This document shows positions 54,118 to 63,992 of a stretch of DNA of 64,000 nucleotides, one piece after another (position 1 is the stretch's first letter; every line of letters begins with the position of its first letter). Where the stretch lies: positions 3,307-67,306 of the forward strand of contig JAUVAV010000004.1 in the NCBI GenBank assembly GCA_030591525.1. The letters are read 5' to 3'. The position numbers were made by a program, and so were the translations under genes. The notes below the pieces were generated by a model. It saw only the letters and a list, made by a program, of their open reading frames with translations, searched no databases and was not told where the DNA came from. This DNA is from a candidate division FCPU426 bacterium (GTDB lineage: Bacteria; Oederibacteriota; JAAXVQ01; JAUVAV01).

Positions 54118-54945
54118 TTATTCCTCCGGCTTTGAGAGAGTTAAGTCTTGCCCGCGATCCCGGGCGGCATGCAAGGCCGCGATGAATATCTCCTGATAAT
54201 CGGAAGCAGCCAGGTAATCCAGCGCGGCCTCCGTAGTCCCTCCGGGCGAAGTAACCTCAGCCCGTAGTGCAGCAGCCGGCCGGCCGGTCTCGTTCAGCAT
54301 GCGGGCTGCTCCCAGAATCGTCTGGACTGATAAAACCTCGGCTTCCCGGGACGAGAGGCCCATTTGCCTTCCGGCTTTTATCATCATTTCGCAAAGGTGA
54401 AAGACGTAAGCCGGACCGGAACCGGAAAGCGCGGTAACGGCATTCATTAAAGCTTCCTCTACGCGCACCACAATTCCCACCGGCTCGAAAAGCATATGCG
54501 TAAGCAGGGTTTCCGCTTCACCGGCGTATTGTCCCAGGCAAAAGGCCGTGGTTCCGGCCCGCAGCCGGGCCGGAGTATTAGGCATAACCCGGACTACCTT
54601 AAGCGGCAGCCCGCCGGCCTTTTCCAAACCAGCCGTAGTTAATCCGGCCACCAGGGAGATTAATATATTTTTCTCCGGATCCAGCACGGCACGTATCTCG
54701 GCCATTACCGCGTCCGCCTGTTGCGGCTTGACGGCCAATACCAACACCTGGCATTTTTGCGCAAGCTCCCGGTTGTGCAAGGTCGTTTGCACACCGTATT
54801 TTTCAGCCATATATGCCAAGCGGATTTCATTTATATCTGAAGTTGTGATTTTTTCAGGTAAGCAGACCGTTGTTTCCTGCAATCCGCGAATTAGCGATTC
54901 CGCCATATTCCCGGAGCCTAAAAATCCAATGGCAGGCTGCTTCAT
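54118..54945 (-). CDS. proC: Pyrroline-5-carboxylate reductase.
   Basis: It has the Rossmann IGFLGSGNMAESLIRGL and the ProC C-terminal dimerisation domain. Confidence 0.85.
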   Translation of the reverse strand: MKQPAIGFLGSGNMAESLIRGLQETTVCLPEKITTSDINEIRLAYMAEKYGVQTTLHNRELAQKCQVLVLAVKPQQADAVMAEIRAVLDPEKNILISLVAGLTTAGLEKAGGLPLKVVRVMPNTPARLRAGTTAFCLGQYAGEAETLLTHMLFEPVGIVVRVEEALMNAVTALSGSGPAYVFHLCEMMIKAGRQMGLSSREAEVLSVQTILGAARMLNETGRPAAALRAEVTSPGGTTEAALDYLAASDYQEIFIAALHAARDRGQDLTLSKPEE

Positions 54946-55658
54946 TAGGAACTCCCTAATCCCGGAGTATGGAAAATCCCCGTGCCGATTCTCACCAGAT
55001 TGGATCCCTCTTCAATGGCTACCTCGAAATCATGGGTCATGCCCAGGGATAAAATATTCCATTGCGAACCAGGGATCACGCGGTTACGCAGTCCTTCAAA
55101 TATTCCGGCCAGCTTGCGGAAAAACGGACGGGTCATTTCCGGATCCGGCACATAAGGAGCCATGGCCATTAAGCCGCGCACCCGCAGGGCCGGCTTGCCG
55201 GCCGCATACCTCACCAAAGCTTCGGTCTCCTCCAGAGAAACCCCAAATTTATTCTCCTCTTCCCCGATATTGACTTCAATCAGGACATCCATCCGCCGAT
55301 CCAGACGCCGGCTCTCGCGATCCAGGAAATCCGCTGCCCGGTTGGAATCAACCGACTGCACCAGGTTGAAAATTAACACGGCCGGCCGGATTTTATTGGA
55401 CTGCAGGTGTCCCAGCATATGCCAGCGGACCGCCGGTCCGATCTGGGAGAATTTCTGTTTAGCCTCTTGAACTTTATTTTCACCCACTATTTTAATGCCG
55501 GCGGCCAGAGCAATCCGGATATCTTCCACCGGCACATTTTTAGTAACTCCCAGCAGGGTAATATCTTTCCCTGACCGTCCACTCCGCTCAGCGGCAGCGT
55601 TTATTTTTTCTTTGACAGCGGCGATATTGGCTTGAATTACTTGGCTGCGATCATTCAT
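54945..55658 (-). CDS. YggS-family PLP homeostasis protein.
   Basis: It contains ...TLLGVTKNVPVEDI...WHMLGHLQSNK and is 237 aa. Confidence 0.8.
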   Translation of the reverse strand: MNDRSQVIQANIAAVKEKINAAAERSGRSGKDITLLGVTKNVPVEDIRIALAAGIKIVGENKVQEAKQKFSQIGPAVRWHMLGHLQSNKIRPAVLIFNLVQSVDSNRAADFLDRESRRLDRRMDVLIEVNIGEEENKFGVSLEETEALVRYAAGKPALRVRGLMAMAPYVPDPEMTRPFFRKLAGIFEGLRNRVIPGSQWNILSLGMTHDFEVAIEEGSNLVRIGTGIFHTPGLGSS

Positions 55659-55702
55659 TTGGTTGCATTATACGGTTTAAATTAATATTGACAATAAAAA
55701 AA

Positions 55703-56542
55703 TTATCCGGGATTGATTTGAACCATGCCCAGCATTCTCCCGGTTCGCCCCTGGTCCCGGCGATGCGAGAAATACTTCCGGGGATGTCCGGCCGTGCAAT
55801 CCCGGATAATAACGAGTTGGTTTTTTCGTATCCCCTGACTGATTAATTGCGTCCTGGCCGCAATCCCAAGGTCAAAACCGGCGCAATCCGGAGAGATCCC
55901 TTTCCGGACTGCTTCCGGATAATGCCGTCGCAACCGGGCTAAAACCTCCCCCTGGACCATAAAAGCCTCCGGTCCGATACCCGGCCCCACAGCGACCCAT
56001 AACCGCTCAGCGCCAATGCCCAATTCCTGCTTGAACTTCAAAACCGCTTGGGACAAAATTCCCTGCAAAAGACCGCGCCAACCGGCATGCACCACTCCCA
56101 CGGCCCGGGCTTGTTCATCCACGAATAGTATTGGCAGACAATCAGCTGTGGCCACAGCCAGAGGAAGGCCCCGGGCAGCAGTAATAAGGCCGTCCGTACC
56201 CGTCCAGGCCGAGCCGGGATGGCGCCATCCTTTTCCGGCATCCCGTTGGTCAACTATTTCAATTCGGGTTCCATGAACTTGCTGCCCCATCACCGGCAAG
56301 TAAGGCCCCAATTTCGCCGCTTTTACGGCCCTATCCCGGTTTTGCAGAACAGCTTCTAATTGATCTCCAGTTGTCAGTCCCAGATTTAATCCTTGGCAGC
56401 ATCCCCGGCTGACTCCCCCTTTACGCAAAAAAAAGAGCCCCTTACATCCAAATCTTTCAAAAATTGGAAGCGTCCAGAACCAGAGCCGTGGCTTCCCTCC
56501 TCGGTCCGGAGATGCCGACTTCAGAACCGCATTTTCCACCAT
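55703..56542 (-). CDS. pgeF: YfiH/PgeF-family (laccase-domain) peptidoglycan-editing factor. The true start may be internal.
   Basis: It contains QQVHGTRIEIV...ADCLPILFVD...VVHAGWRG. Confidence 0.65.
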   Translation of the reverse strand: MVENAVLKSASPDRGGKPRLWFWTLPIFERFGCKGLFFLRKGGVSRGCCQGLNLGLTTGDQLEAVLQNRDRAVKAAKLGPYLPVMGQQVHGTRIEIVDQRDAGKGWRHPGSAWTGTDGLITAARGLPLAVATADCLPILFVDEQARAVGVVHAGWRGLLQGILSQAVLKFKQELGIGAERLWVAVGPGIGPEAFMVQGEVLARLRRHYPEAVRKGISPDCAGFDLGIAARTQLISQGIRKNQLVIIRDCTAGHPRKYFSHRRDQGRTGRMLGMVQINPG

Positions 56543-56587
56543 CTAATTACTGTTGCCAAAAGCTTTTTTTAAGAAATCCCCAAATTT

Positions 56588-56682
56588 CGTCATTCCGAGA
56601 AAACGAAGCGACCGAAGAATCTCTTTGCAAATTGGGTTTTTTAGAGATTGCTCGCTTCGCGCGGAATGACATCTTAGGAAGA
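56588..56682. repeat. ~95-bp element with ~20-bp terminal inverted repeats (GTCATTCCGAGAAAACGAAGCGA ... CGCTTCGCGCGGAATGAC).
   Basis: It was read directly, and a paralogous copy lies at 63080-63172 (gtcatttcgaggcaaagccgagaaatctc...gagattcctcactacgttcggaatgac). Both are intergenic within minus-strand gene strings. Confidence 0.55.
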
Positions 56683-56707
56683 AAAAGCTTATTGGAGACA
56701 CTCTCAT

Positions 56708-57715
56708 CTATGATTCCAGAATCAAGGGCCGGTTCTGAACATCTTCTTGATTATCATTATGATGATAATCAGCATCACTTTCCGGTGTCCGGGGCCCGGC
56801 CAGCGGCAAACGCACATAAAACCGGGAGCCTCGGCCAAGTTGGCTTTCCACCCAAATCAGGCCGTTATGCAGGCGAACAAAATCTTTCACAATCGCGAGC
56901 CCCAGACCCACCCCGGTGGTTTCCCGGGTTAATGATCCGTTGCTTTGATAAAATTTATTGAAAATCTTTTCCTGATCCTGCCGGGAAATGCCAATCCCGG
57001 TATCGTGCACTGCAATTTCCAAGAAAACCCCATCCTGCCGCATACTAACCGTTATCTTTCCTCCCACCGGAGTGAATTTTAATGCATTGGAAATCAGGTT
57101 ATTAAGTACCTGTTTAATTTTCCCCCGGTCTCCCAGCAAGCTGGACAAATTGGGAGCTAATTCTTTCTTGATTTTCTGGTTTTTTTGATCCCCCAGTTCC
57201 CGGAATTCTTCCACGCTCTCCCGTATAAGACGCACCATATCCACCCGGCTTATCTTGAGTCTCAGATTCCCGGATTCCACGCGGGAAAGATTCAGCAGAT
57301 CATTGATTAATTGAATCAAACTTCCGGTGTTTTTTTCCGCCATATCCAGATATTTTTTAAAGCGCGCCGGCGGCAGTTTATCCCCTTCGTTTTGCAGAAG
57401 ATTCAATGCCCCTTTAATAATAGTAAGCGGGGTCCGCAATTCATGTGAAGTAATGGAAAAAAAATCGGATTTCAGCGCATCTGATTGCTTTATTTGGACC
57501 TGGACTTTTTCCAACTCCCGGGAGTGTTCCGCCATACGGACTTCCGTCTCCCGGGTAATTTTTTTCTGCTCCCGCAATTCCGCCGCCAGTTTCCGGTTGC
57601 TATGCTGCAGCCTTTGGTTTTGTTCCCTCAGCCTCCGCTTGGTTCCCAGGGAACCGAAGATCGCCCGGAACCTTTCTCGGCTGCGTAATATTAATTTAAC
57701 CAGGACCGGCGGCAA
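56708..57715 (-). CDS. Sensor histidine kinase (coiled-coil, HisKA and HATPase).
   Basis: It has the H-box ITSHELRTPLT and the G-boxes DTGIGI and GVGLGL. Confidence 0.8.
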   Translation of the reverse strand: MPPVLVKLILRSRERFRAIFGSLGTKRRLREQNQRLQHSNRKLAAELREQKKITRETEVRMAEHSRELEKVQVQIKQSDALKSDFFSITSHELRTPLTIIKGALNLLQNEGDKLPPARFKKYLDMAEKNTGSLIQLINDLLNLSRVESGNLRLKISRVDMVRLIRESVEEFRELGDQKNQKIKKELAPNLSSLLGDRGKIKQVLNNLISNALKFTPVGGKITVSMRQDGVFLEIAVHDTGIGISRQDQEKIFNKFYQSNGSLTRETTGVGLGLAIVKDFVRLHNGLIWVESQLGRGSRFYVRLPLAGPRTPESDADYHHNDNQEDVQNRPLILES

Positions 57716-57727
57716 ACGCCTCTCCCC

Positions 57728-58453
57728 CTAAACCAATCCTGCCGGGAATAAAGCGGCCAGCCGGGACATGCCTCCCACCAGCATCACTATGCCGATAAAA
57801 ATCAGCAAGCCGCCCGCGAATATTTCCACCCAGCGCAGCCATTTTTTAAAACTCTGCAGCAATTTCATAAACTGCCCAATGGCCATGGCCGTCAAAAGGA
57901 AAGGGATACCCAGGCCGGCAGAATAAACCGCCAGTAAAAACATGCCCTGCACCACGGTATCGCGGGTTCCGGCCAAGGCCAGAATCCCCGCCAGCAGGGG
58001 GCCGACACACGGCGTCCAGCCAAAAGCAAAGGCAATGCCTATCAGGTAAGCGCCGTATATTCTCATAGGACGCGCCCCGGGGTGCATACGGCGTTCATAC
58101 ATTAAAAAGGGAATACGGATTAAACCGGTCATGTGGATTCCCAAAATAATAATAATCAGACCGGCAATTTTTCCTATCCAGACTGAATTAATCGCCAACC
58201 AGCGGCCGATTAAAGTGGCGGAAGCCCCCATTAGGATAAAAACCGTGGAAAAGCCCAGAACAAATCCGGTCGCGGCCAGCATAACCCGAAGTCGTATGCC
58301 CCGGTCGACCCCGTCCCGCATCTTCTCCAGGCTGACTCCGGCCAGAAAGGAAAGATAGGCCGGTACCAGCGGCAGCACACAGGGAGAAAAAAATGAAATT
58401 ATTCCTGCGATTAGGGCTCCATATACCGTGGGATCATAACCCATGCTGGTCAC
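57728..58453 (-). CDS. ccdA: Cytochrome c-type biogenesis protein CcdA / DsbD-like thiol-disulfide transporter.
   Basis: It has six TM helices carrying the conserved Cys pair (FFSPCVLP ... GWTPCVGP). Confidence 0.75.
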   Translation of the reverse strand: MTSMGYDPTVYGALIAGIISFFSPCVLPLVPAYLSFLAGVSLEKMRDGVDRGIRLRVMLAATGFVLGFSTVFILMGASATLIGRWLAINSVWIGKIAGLIIIILGIHMTGLIRIPFLMYERRMHPGARPMRIYGAYLIGIAFAFGWTPCVGPLLAGILALAGTRDTVVQGMFLLAVYSAGLGIPFLLTAMAIGQFMKLLQSFKKWLRWVEIFAGGLLIFIGIVMLVGGMSRLAALFPAGLV

Positions 58454-60278
58454 CTCCGTTCGTCGTCTGGCTGGCAGAAGAAACAGCCGGCAGTATTATC
58501 GTAAAACAGCTCCCCTTATCTTTTTCGCTCTCCACCCGCATGGAACCTCCATGCATTTCCACAATCTGCTTGGCAATGGTTAATCCCAGTCCCACGCCGC
58601 TGATCCTCCGGGTCAGCATACTCTCGGCCTGATAAAACCGCTCGAAAATCATATCCTGTACCTCCTGGGACATCCCGATCCCGGTATCCTTAACCGTAAT
58701 CACAAACTCTGCCGGCCCGGCTTCGTAATGCACCGCAATGGTAATAGTTCCCGCGCCCTCGGAGAACTTGACGGCATTATTAATCAAATTGGTCAGGACC
58801 CGCTCCAACTGCTCCCGGTCGGCCGCCAATGGAGGCAGCACCTCGGGCATCTCCAAAATCAACTCCTGCCCCTTGGCCTGCAAAAGTGGGCCGAGATCTT
58901 CCGTAATTTCTTCCAGGAGCTCACTTAAAACCACGGGTTCTATATTCAAGCGCAGGGTATTAGATTCGAGTTTTTGCATGGCCAGGAGATCCTCAATCAT
59001 ATGCGCCAGTTTTTGGCCGTTTTCCAGAGCCACTTGTATATAACGGCTGAGTTTAGTGTGATCGTGTTTCTTAATCCCTATCTCGGCGTAACGAAGAAAC
59101 CCAATGATGGAAGTCAGCGGCGTTCTTAGTTCATGGGAAATCGTGGCAATAAAGTCCGTTTTGACACGATCGACCTCCCGCAGTTTCACCACATCCTCCC
59201 GTACCTGTTTATACAGCCAGGCATTTTCAATCGCCCATCCCGCTTGCACGCCGATGGCTAAAAGCATTTCCCGTTCCTCTCCCAGCACTTCATGGTTCAG
59301 GGTTGAAAAGAGACTCATTACGCCCTGTATCTTGCCTTTGGCTTGCAGGGGCACGGCCACTACCAGGTATTCGCCGGGTTCATTTATTTCCGCAAAATTA
59401 ATCCGAGCCACTTGCAGAGTTTGGTCATCCGTGGCCCTCCCAATAATACTATCTCCCTTTTCCAGTCTTTGCATTCTTTCCAAAAGTTTTTCCGGAATAT
59501 TTACATGGACCCGGACTGAGATCATATCCCTGGCTTCGAAGGTTGAGATCGCACCCATATTAAAACCCGTCAATTCCAGCACTAATCGCAAGATATTATT
59601 TAAAAGCGTATCCAGTTCCAAAGACTGGCTAGCCACGGTGGAAACCTGGTTCCGGATCATCAAGGTCTGGGAAAGAACTTCCAGGTCACTGGTCCTCTGC
59701 CGGACTTTTTCCTCCAGTTTTTCATTGGCTTCACATAAGGCTTTTTCCAGGCGAATCTCCCGGGTTATGGATTTAGACATGGTTATACTCCCAATGGGCC
59801 GCCCTTTTTCCCCTTCCTCCCGCAGCAGCGAGATCGAGATTAAAAGCTCGGAAAGGTCGCCATTATTACGCCGGATACGGGTCCGGAGATTACGGTAACT
59901 TCCCTGTACCGGAAGCAGCTTTATCAAATCGCGATAACGCTGGGCCTCGAAAAAAATAAAATCAATGGTCCGGCCCATAATTTCCTCGGATCGATATCCG
60001 GTAATTTCCTCCGCGGTGCGGTTAAAAACGGTAACCCGTCCCTCATTGTCCAGCACCCAAATAGCATCCGGGGAATGGGCCAGCAGATTGGTCAAATATT
60101 CGCTGGTCCGGAGAAATTCCTGGCGGGCGCTTTCGAGCTCCCGGTTTTTTTTCTCCAATTTGATATTAGCCTCAGTCAGCATGATATCACGCCGGAGCAG
60201 CAACTTGGTAATATGGTCCAGCTCTTCGTAGGCCAGGTTTAAATTACGCTGTTGTGACAGAAAGGGATTTTTTTTCAT
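58434..60278 (-). CDS. Sensor histidine kinase with PAS and GAF domains.
   Basis: The PAS domain shows AIWVLDNEGRVTVFN, followed by a GAF domain. The H-box is ISHELRTPLTS, and the G-boxes are DTGIGM and GVGLGL. Confidence 0.8.
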   Translation of the reverse strand: MKKNPFLSQQRNLNLAYEELDHITKLLLRRDIMLTEANIKLEKKNRELESARQEFLRTSEYLTNLLAHSPDAIWVLDNEGRVTVFNRTAEEITGYRSEEIMGRTIDFIFFEAQRYRDLIKLLPVQGSYRNLRTRIRRNNGDLSELLISISLLREEGEKGRPIGSITMSKSITREIRLEKALCEANEKLEEKVRQRTSDLEVLSQTLMIRNQVSTVASQSLELDTLLNNILRLVLELTGFNMGAISTFEARDMISVRVHVNIPEKLLERMQRLEKGDSIIGRATDDQTLQVARINFAEINEPGEYLVVAVPLQAKGKIQGVMSLFSTLNHEVLGEEREMLLAIGVQAGWAIENAWLYKQVREDVVKLREVDRVKTDFIATISHELRTPLTSIIGFLRYAEIGIKKHDHTKLSRYIQVALENGQKLAHMIEDLLAMQKLESNTLRLNIEPVVLSELLEEITEDLGPLLQAKGQELILEMPEVLPPLAADREQLERVLTNLINNAVKFSEGAGTITIAVHYEAGPAEFVITVKDTGIGMSQEVQDMIFERFYQAESMLTRRISGVGLGLTIAKQIVEMHGGSMRVESEKDKGSCFTIILPAVSSASQTTNGGDQHGL

Positions 60279-60284
60279 TTCATT

Positions 60285-61448
60285 TTACCCCAAAGCCAGA
60301 ATAACCATCGTTTCGTTATGAAAACAGGAGGGATTGGTTTTTATGCCTTCCACGGCGGCAATCTCGCCATACGTATAGAATCCCGCTACGGGAACATCTT
60401 TCCCCATAATATCACGAATCAGCGCGATCTCCTCGCCGGCCCGCGGCCCCAAAAGGCGGCGCCGGGCTACGCAATTAAAGATCAAAACCAACTTGGGTAA
60501 ACGTCCCTGCATCTGAGACAAGGCCTCCATGGCCGCTATGCGCGCCGCCTGGAGAGCTCTTTCCACGCTGCCGATCATAAGCCGGACTTCTACGCCTTCG
60601 GGTACTCCGGCCGCGAGTTTAATCGAACCGTCCGCTTCCACGGTAAGGGGAGCGCGCAGTAATAATTCATCGGAATCCGGAACCGCCTGACCCAGCGGAT
60701 AGTATACGGCCAGCCGTCCGAGGGGTTCAGTACGTAAACGCTCGGTATATTCGCCGAAATATTCTTCGTATAATCTAATGGCCGGCAGACCGTTTATTTC
60801 CAGCAAGCGGTTGCCTTCCGACTTGGTAACGCGTACCGGCATTCCTATCGGTTCCCAACCGTGCCGGACACCGATACCGAAGTGAAAATCACCCTCCAGG
60901 CCGGCGGCTACCACGGTTCCGGAATGGACAGCGCCGTCCAGATACTCAAAAGTTGTTTTGAACAGATTGTCATCCCCGGCCGCGCCGCCGATCAAGGGAA
61001 TATTACTGCCGATCTCTTCCTGTACTCCCCGGACTATAGCCGCACCGTCACCGGCTAATCCATCGCTTAATAGCAAGACCGCCCGGCCCGCCTGCCCGGC
61101 CAGATTGCGCCCTATAGTCTTACCAGCCGCCAGGGCATCCGATGCAATATTACTCCCCATTTCCAGTTTTGCTTTAATCCCGGATATAGCCACCAAAGCT
61201 ACGGATTTCTCATCCGGCCCCTGGGCATATATCTCACCGGCCGTACTGCATCCAATCAGCGGCACCCCGGGATAAAACCGCCGGACGACCTCCAAAACTT
61301 CCTGTTGATTATATGCAACACTCATAAACAATATTAATAAATCCGGCGCAACCGTTCCCAAGGCTTGCCGGCATGCTTCCGCCGCCGCTTGCCCGGCTGG
61401 GGCGCTTTCCGGATTTTTCCCTTTACCGACCGCACATTTAAAGGACAT
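60285..61448 (-). CDS. FIST-domain (FIST-N/FIST-C) signal-transduction protein.
   Basis: It is 387 aa with LILFMSVAYNQQEVL...PLIGCSTAGEI, and lies adjacent to the histidine kinase genes. Confidence 0.6.
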   Translation of the reverse strand: MSFKCAVGKGKNPESAPAGQAAAEACRQALGTVAPDLLILFMSVAYNQQEVLEVVRRFYPGVPLIGCSTAGEIYAQGPDEKSVALVAISGIKAKLEMGSNIASDALAAGKTIGRNLAGQAGRAVLLLSDGLAGDGAAIVRGVQEEIGSNIPLIGGAAGDDNLFKTTFEYLDGAVHSGTVVAAGLEGDFHFGIGVRHGWEPIGMPVRVTKSEGNRLLEINGLPAIRLYEEYFGEYTERLRTEPLGRLAVYYPLGQAVPDSDELLLRAPLTVEADGSIKLAAGVPEGVEVRLMIGSVERALQAARIAAMEALSQMQGRLPKLVLIFNCVARRRLLGPRAGEEIALIRDIMGKDVPVAGFYTYGEIAAVEGIKTNPSCFHNETMVILALG

Positions 61449-61530
61449 GGAACACCACCTTAAATAATGATTACTGTACTATATTTTTCCCATTCGCTAA
61501 ATACATTTTTTGATCCCACGCAGGCGTTGC

Positions 61531-61657
61531 GGGCTACGCATGCGTAGCCCCTACACACCCGCACCAGGATATGTCGCACCTTACCGTGGGTAGGGGCGTT
61601 TAATTAAACGCCCCTACATCGCAAATCCACCGGGCCGGCATGGAAGCCGGCCCCTAC
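61531..61657. repeat. Three consecutive REP-like hairpins between the FIST gene and the tlpA-like gene.
   Basis: They are gggctacgcatgcgtagcccctac at 61531-61554, gtaggggcgtttaattaaacgcccctac at 61590-61617 and ggccggcatggaagccggcccctac at 61633-61657. Confidence 0.65.
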
Positions 61658-61686
61658 AAAATTCCAACCCCATACTTCCTACACGG

Positions 61687-62256
61687 CTACTTTCCGCCGC
61701 CTTCCTCAATACCCAGTAATTTCCGCAAATCATCTTCAAGCTGCTCTCTGTTTCTCACGCCTTGATACTTCCGGAAGATCACGTTTTTCGGGCTTACCAG
61801 ATAGAGTGTAGGGATACCCTTTATAGACGGGTTGGAGGTCAAAAGTTCCGGCGGGACCATAACGCCAGGAAATTCCAGATGGTTGGATTCTATAAAATCC
61901 TGAAGAGGCTGGGATTCGGTATCCAGGGATATGGCTACAAAAGTCAGACCTGATTCCCGGTATTGCAACCACAGTGAGTTCAGCAATAAAATCATTTTTT
62001 GGCAGGGCCGGCACCAGGTGGCCCAGAAATAAAGCATAACTACTTTATCCTGACTGTCTTGGGAAGAATGCCATTCTCCCTGTGAAGAGGAAAGATAGTA
62101 CTCTATACGGCCTTGCTCAATCGAGAACCGGGGACTGGGCCGGGCTTCCAGCTCTCTTTCGGCGGGAGAGCGCGCCTTTTGCACGCCAATAATTGCTACA
62201 GCCGTTGTGAGTATTAATGAGCCGAGCAGGATGCGCTTGGAAAAACCCAGCCTCAT
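61687..62256 (-). CDS. TlpA/ResA-like periplasmic thiol:disulfide oxidoreductase.
   Basis: It has a signal/TM anchor and the CxxC motif YFWATWCRPCQKM. Confidence 0.75.
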   Translation of the reverse strand: MRLGFSKRILLGSLILTTAVAIIGVQKARSPAERELEARPSPRFSIEQGRIEYYLSSSQGEWHSSQDSQDKVVMLYFWATWCRPCQKMILLLNSLWLQYRESGLTFVAISLDTESQPLQDFIESNHLEFPGVMVPPELLTSNPSIKGIPTLYLVSPKNVIFRKYQGVRNREQLEDDLRKLLGIEEGGGK

Positions 62257-63032
62257 TTAACTTGTCCCCCTTGCTGAATATATTCCCAGCTTAAGCGTAG
62301 ACCAGTCAAGGTCAGGTGGGGACGGATGATCCGCAATTCCGGGCAGTGCGAAACTACCATCGAGGCAAATCCGCCGGTGGTTACCACCTTGGCTTTTTCC
62401 CCGATTTCCTTTTTTATCTGTTTAACCAGAACGGCAATGGCTCCGGCCGCACCCAGTATTATGCCGGAGCGCAAACTTTCTTCCGTATTCCGGCCCAAAG
62501 CGCGGCCGGGCTTTTTTAATTCCACCCGGGGAAGGAGCGAGGTGCCCTGTGCCAAAGCCTCTACTGAGAGCATCAGGCCGGGTAGAATCGCGCCGCCCTG
62601 ATATTTATTACCCCGGGCCACGACTTCTACGGTAATCGCCGTGCCCAAATCCACCACGATTACCGGCGAACCAAATTCATGTATTGCCGCGACAGCGTTC
62701 ATAAGCCGGTCCGTACCGACCGCCCCGGGCGGACGGTATACATTCTTCACCGGCAGACTCATTTCCGGTGAAATCATCAAAACCGGCGCTCCGAAGCAGG
62801 AATGGGCCGCCGAAATCATAGCTGCATCCAATTCCGGGACTACACTGGCTATTACCACGCCGGTGCAGGCCCGCTCACTCTCTCTCCCCTTGATTAATCT
62901 GGAAAGGGCCATGCCTAATTCATCCGCTGTACTCCGGCGATTAGTCGGCAGCCGGAATTCACTAACCAGGCGCTTTTGGTTAAAAATACCGATGCAAATT
63001 TGAGTATTGCCGATATCAATAGCTGCCAGCAT
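62253..63032 (-). CDS. coaX: Type III pantothenate kinase.
   Basis: It contains MLAAIDIGNTQICIGIF...DRLMNAVAA...GTAITV and is 259 aa. Confidence 0.85.
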   Translation of the reverse strand: MLAAIDIGNTQICIGIFNQKRLVSEFRLPTNRRSTADELGMALSRLIKGRESERACTGVVIASVVPELDAAMISAAHSCFGAPVLMISPEMSLPVKNVYRPPGAVGTDRLMNAVAAIHEFGSPVIVVDLGTAITVEVVARGNKYQGGAILPGLMLSVEALAQGTSLLPRVELKKPGRALGRNTEESLRSGIILGAAGAIAVLVKQIKKEIGEKAKVVTTGGFASMVVSHCPELRIIRPHLTLTGLRLSWEYIQQGGQVK

Positions 63033-63079
63033 AATTTCTTCCTTAGTTAGCTCCTGTCGCGAAAGTAAATTTTCCTAAG

Positions 63080-63172
63080 CTTGTCATTTCGAGGCAAAGC
63101 CGAGAAATCTCCCGGGGCCCTGATAATTCAGGCGTTGGCGAAGAGATTCCTCACTACGTTCGGAATGACAAC
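63080..63172. repeat. Second copy of the GTCATTYCGAG...CGGAATGAC TIR element, between birA and coaX.
   Basis: It shares the left arm, the central gaaatctc/gagatt core and the right arm with 56588-56682. Confidence 0.5.
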
Positions 63173-63206
63173 TCTAAGCAAACACTCTTCTCGTAACAGA
63201 AACTGG

Positions 63207-63992
63207 TTAACCTTCCGGCCGCACCAAGCTTACTTCCCCGCTGGTTATCCTGCGGGTTACACCACTCTCGAGCCGCAATAGCAGAGCACCATAATCATCC
63301 ATGCCGATTATCATTCCTTCCAGATGTTCCTGGTTTGCCAACTGTATCAACACTTGCGTCCCTTGGAGGCAGGAAAGGTTCTGGCCGGTCTCCAAAACCG
63401 ACCGGGGTCCGTTATGCCGAGCTTTAAAATACAACTGCTCGGCCTCATATAAAATTCTACGCAGCAGGGACAGCCTAAGCAGCGGTTTTCCCAGTAACTT
63501 GGAGAGCGAACTCGTTGGCTGCCGGAGCGCCCCGGCCGGAGCCGCATTAACATTTATTCCGATTCCGCAGACTACATACTCAATAGCATCGGTTTGCGCC
63601 CGCATCTCAGTTAAAATCCCGGCCACCTTGGCGTCCTTTATCAGAACATCATTGGGCCATTTAATCCGGGCTAGTAATCCGGTTTCCCGGCGGATTCCTT
63701 CGGCCACGGCCACGGCTAGCATCAAGGTAATTAAAGGCGCCTGCTCGGCTATCCAGGGCGGCCTCAGAATCAGGGAAAACAGCAGGTTGGCGCCGGCTTT
63801 TGAAATCCAGGTACGCTCGCGCCGTCCTCTTCCCCGAGTCTGGTTTTCCGCTGCTATCAGCGTACCCTCCTGAGCTCCCTGGGCGGCTAATTCCAGGGCC
63901 AGGTCATTGGTGGACCCGGTACTTTCAAAGCATATCACCTGTTGCCCTAAAACCCTGGTCTGCAAGCCGGCTCTAATTTCATCCGGCAGCAA
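63207..63992 (-). CDS. birA: Biotin--[acetyl-CoA-carboxylase] ligase.
   Basis: It has the GRGRRERTW biotin-binding motif and the KWPNDV motif, and sits in the classic coaX-birA arrangement. Confidence 0.8.
   Translation of the reverse strand: MLPDEIRAGLQTRVLGQQVICFESTGSTNDLALELAAQGAQEGTLIAAENQTRGRGRRERTWISKAGANLLFSLILRPPWIAEQAPLITLMLAVAVAEGIRRETGLLARIKWPNDVLIKDAKVAGILTEMRAQTDAIEYVVCGIGINVNAAPAGALRQPTSSLSKLLGKPLLRLSLLRRILYEAEQLYFKARHNGPRSVLETGQNLSCLQGTQVLIQLANQEHLEGMIIGMDDYGALLLRLESGVTRRITSGEVSLVRPEG

Noticed and set aside
59104-59898. 264-aa plus-strand ORF inside the PAS-GAF histidine kinase gene.
   Set aside because: It is antisense to a kinase with clear H-box and G-boxes, and its translation is Ser/Arg-rich junk.
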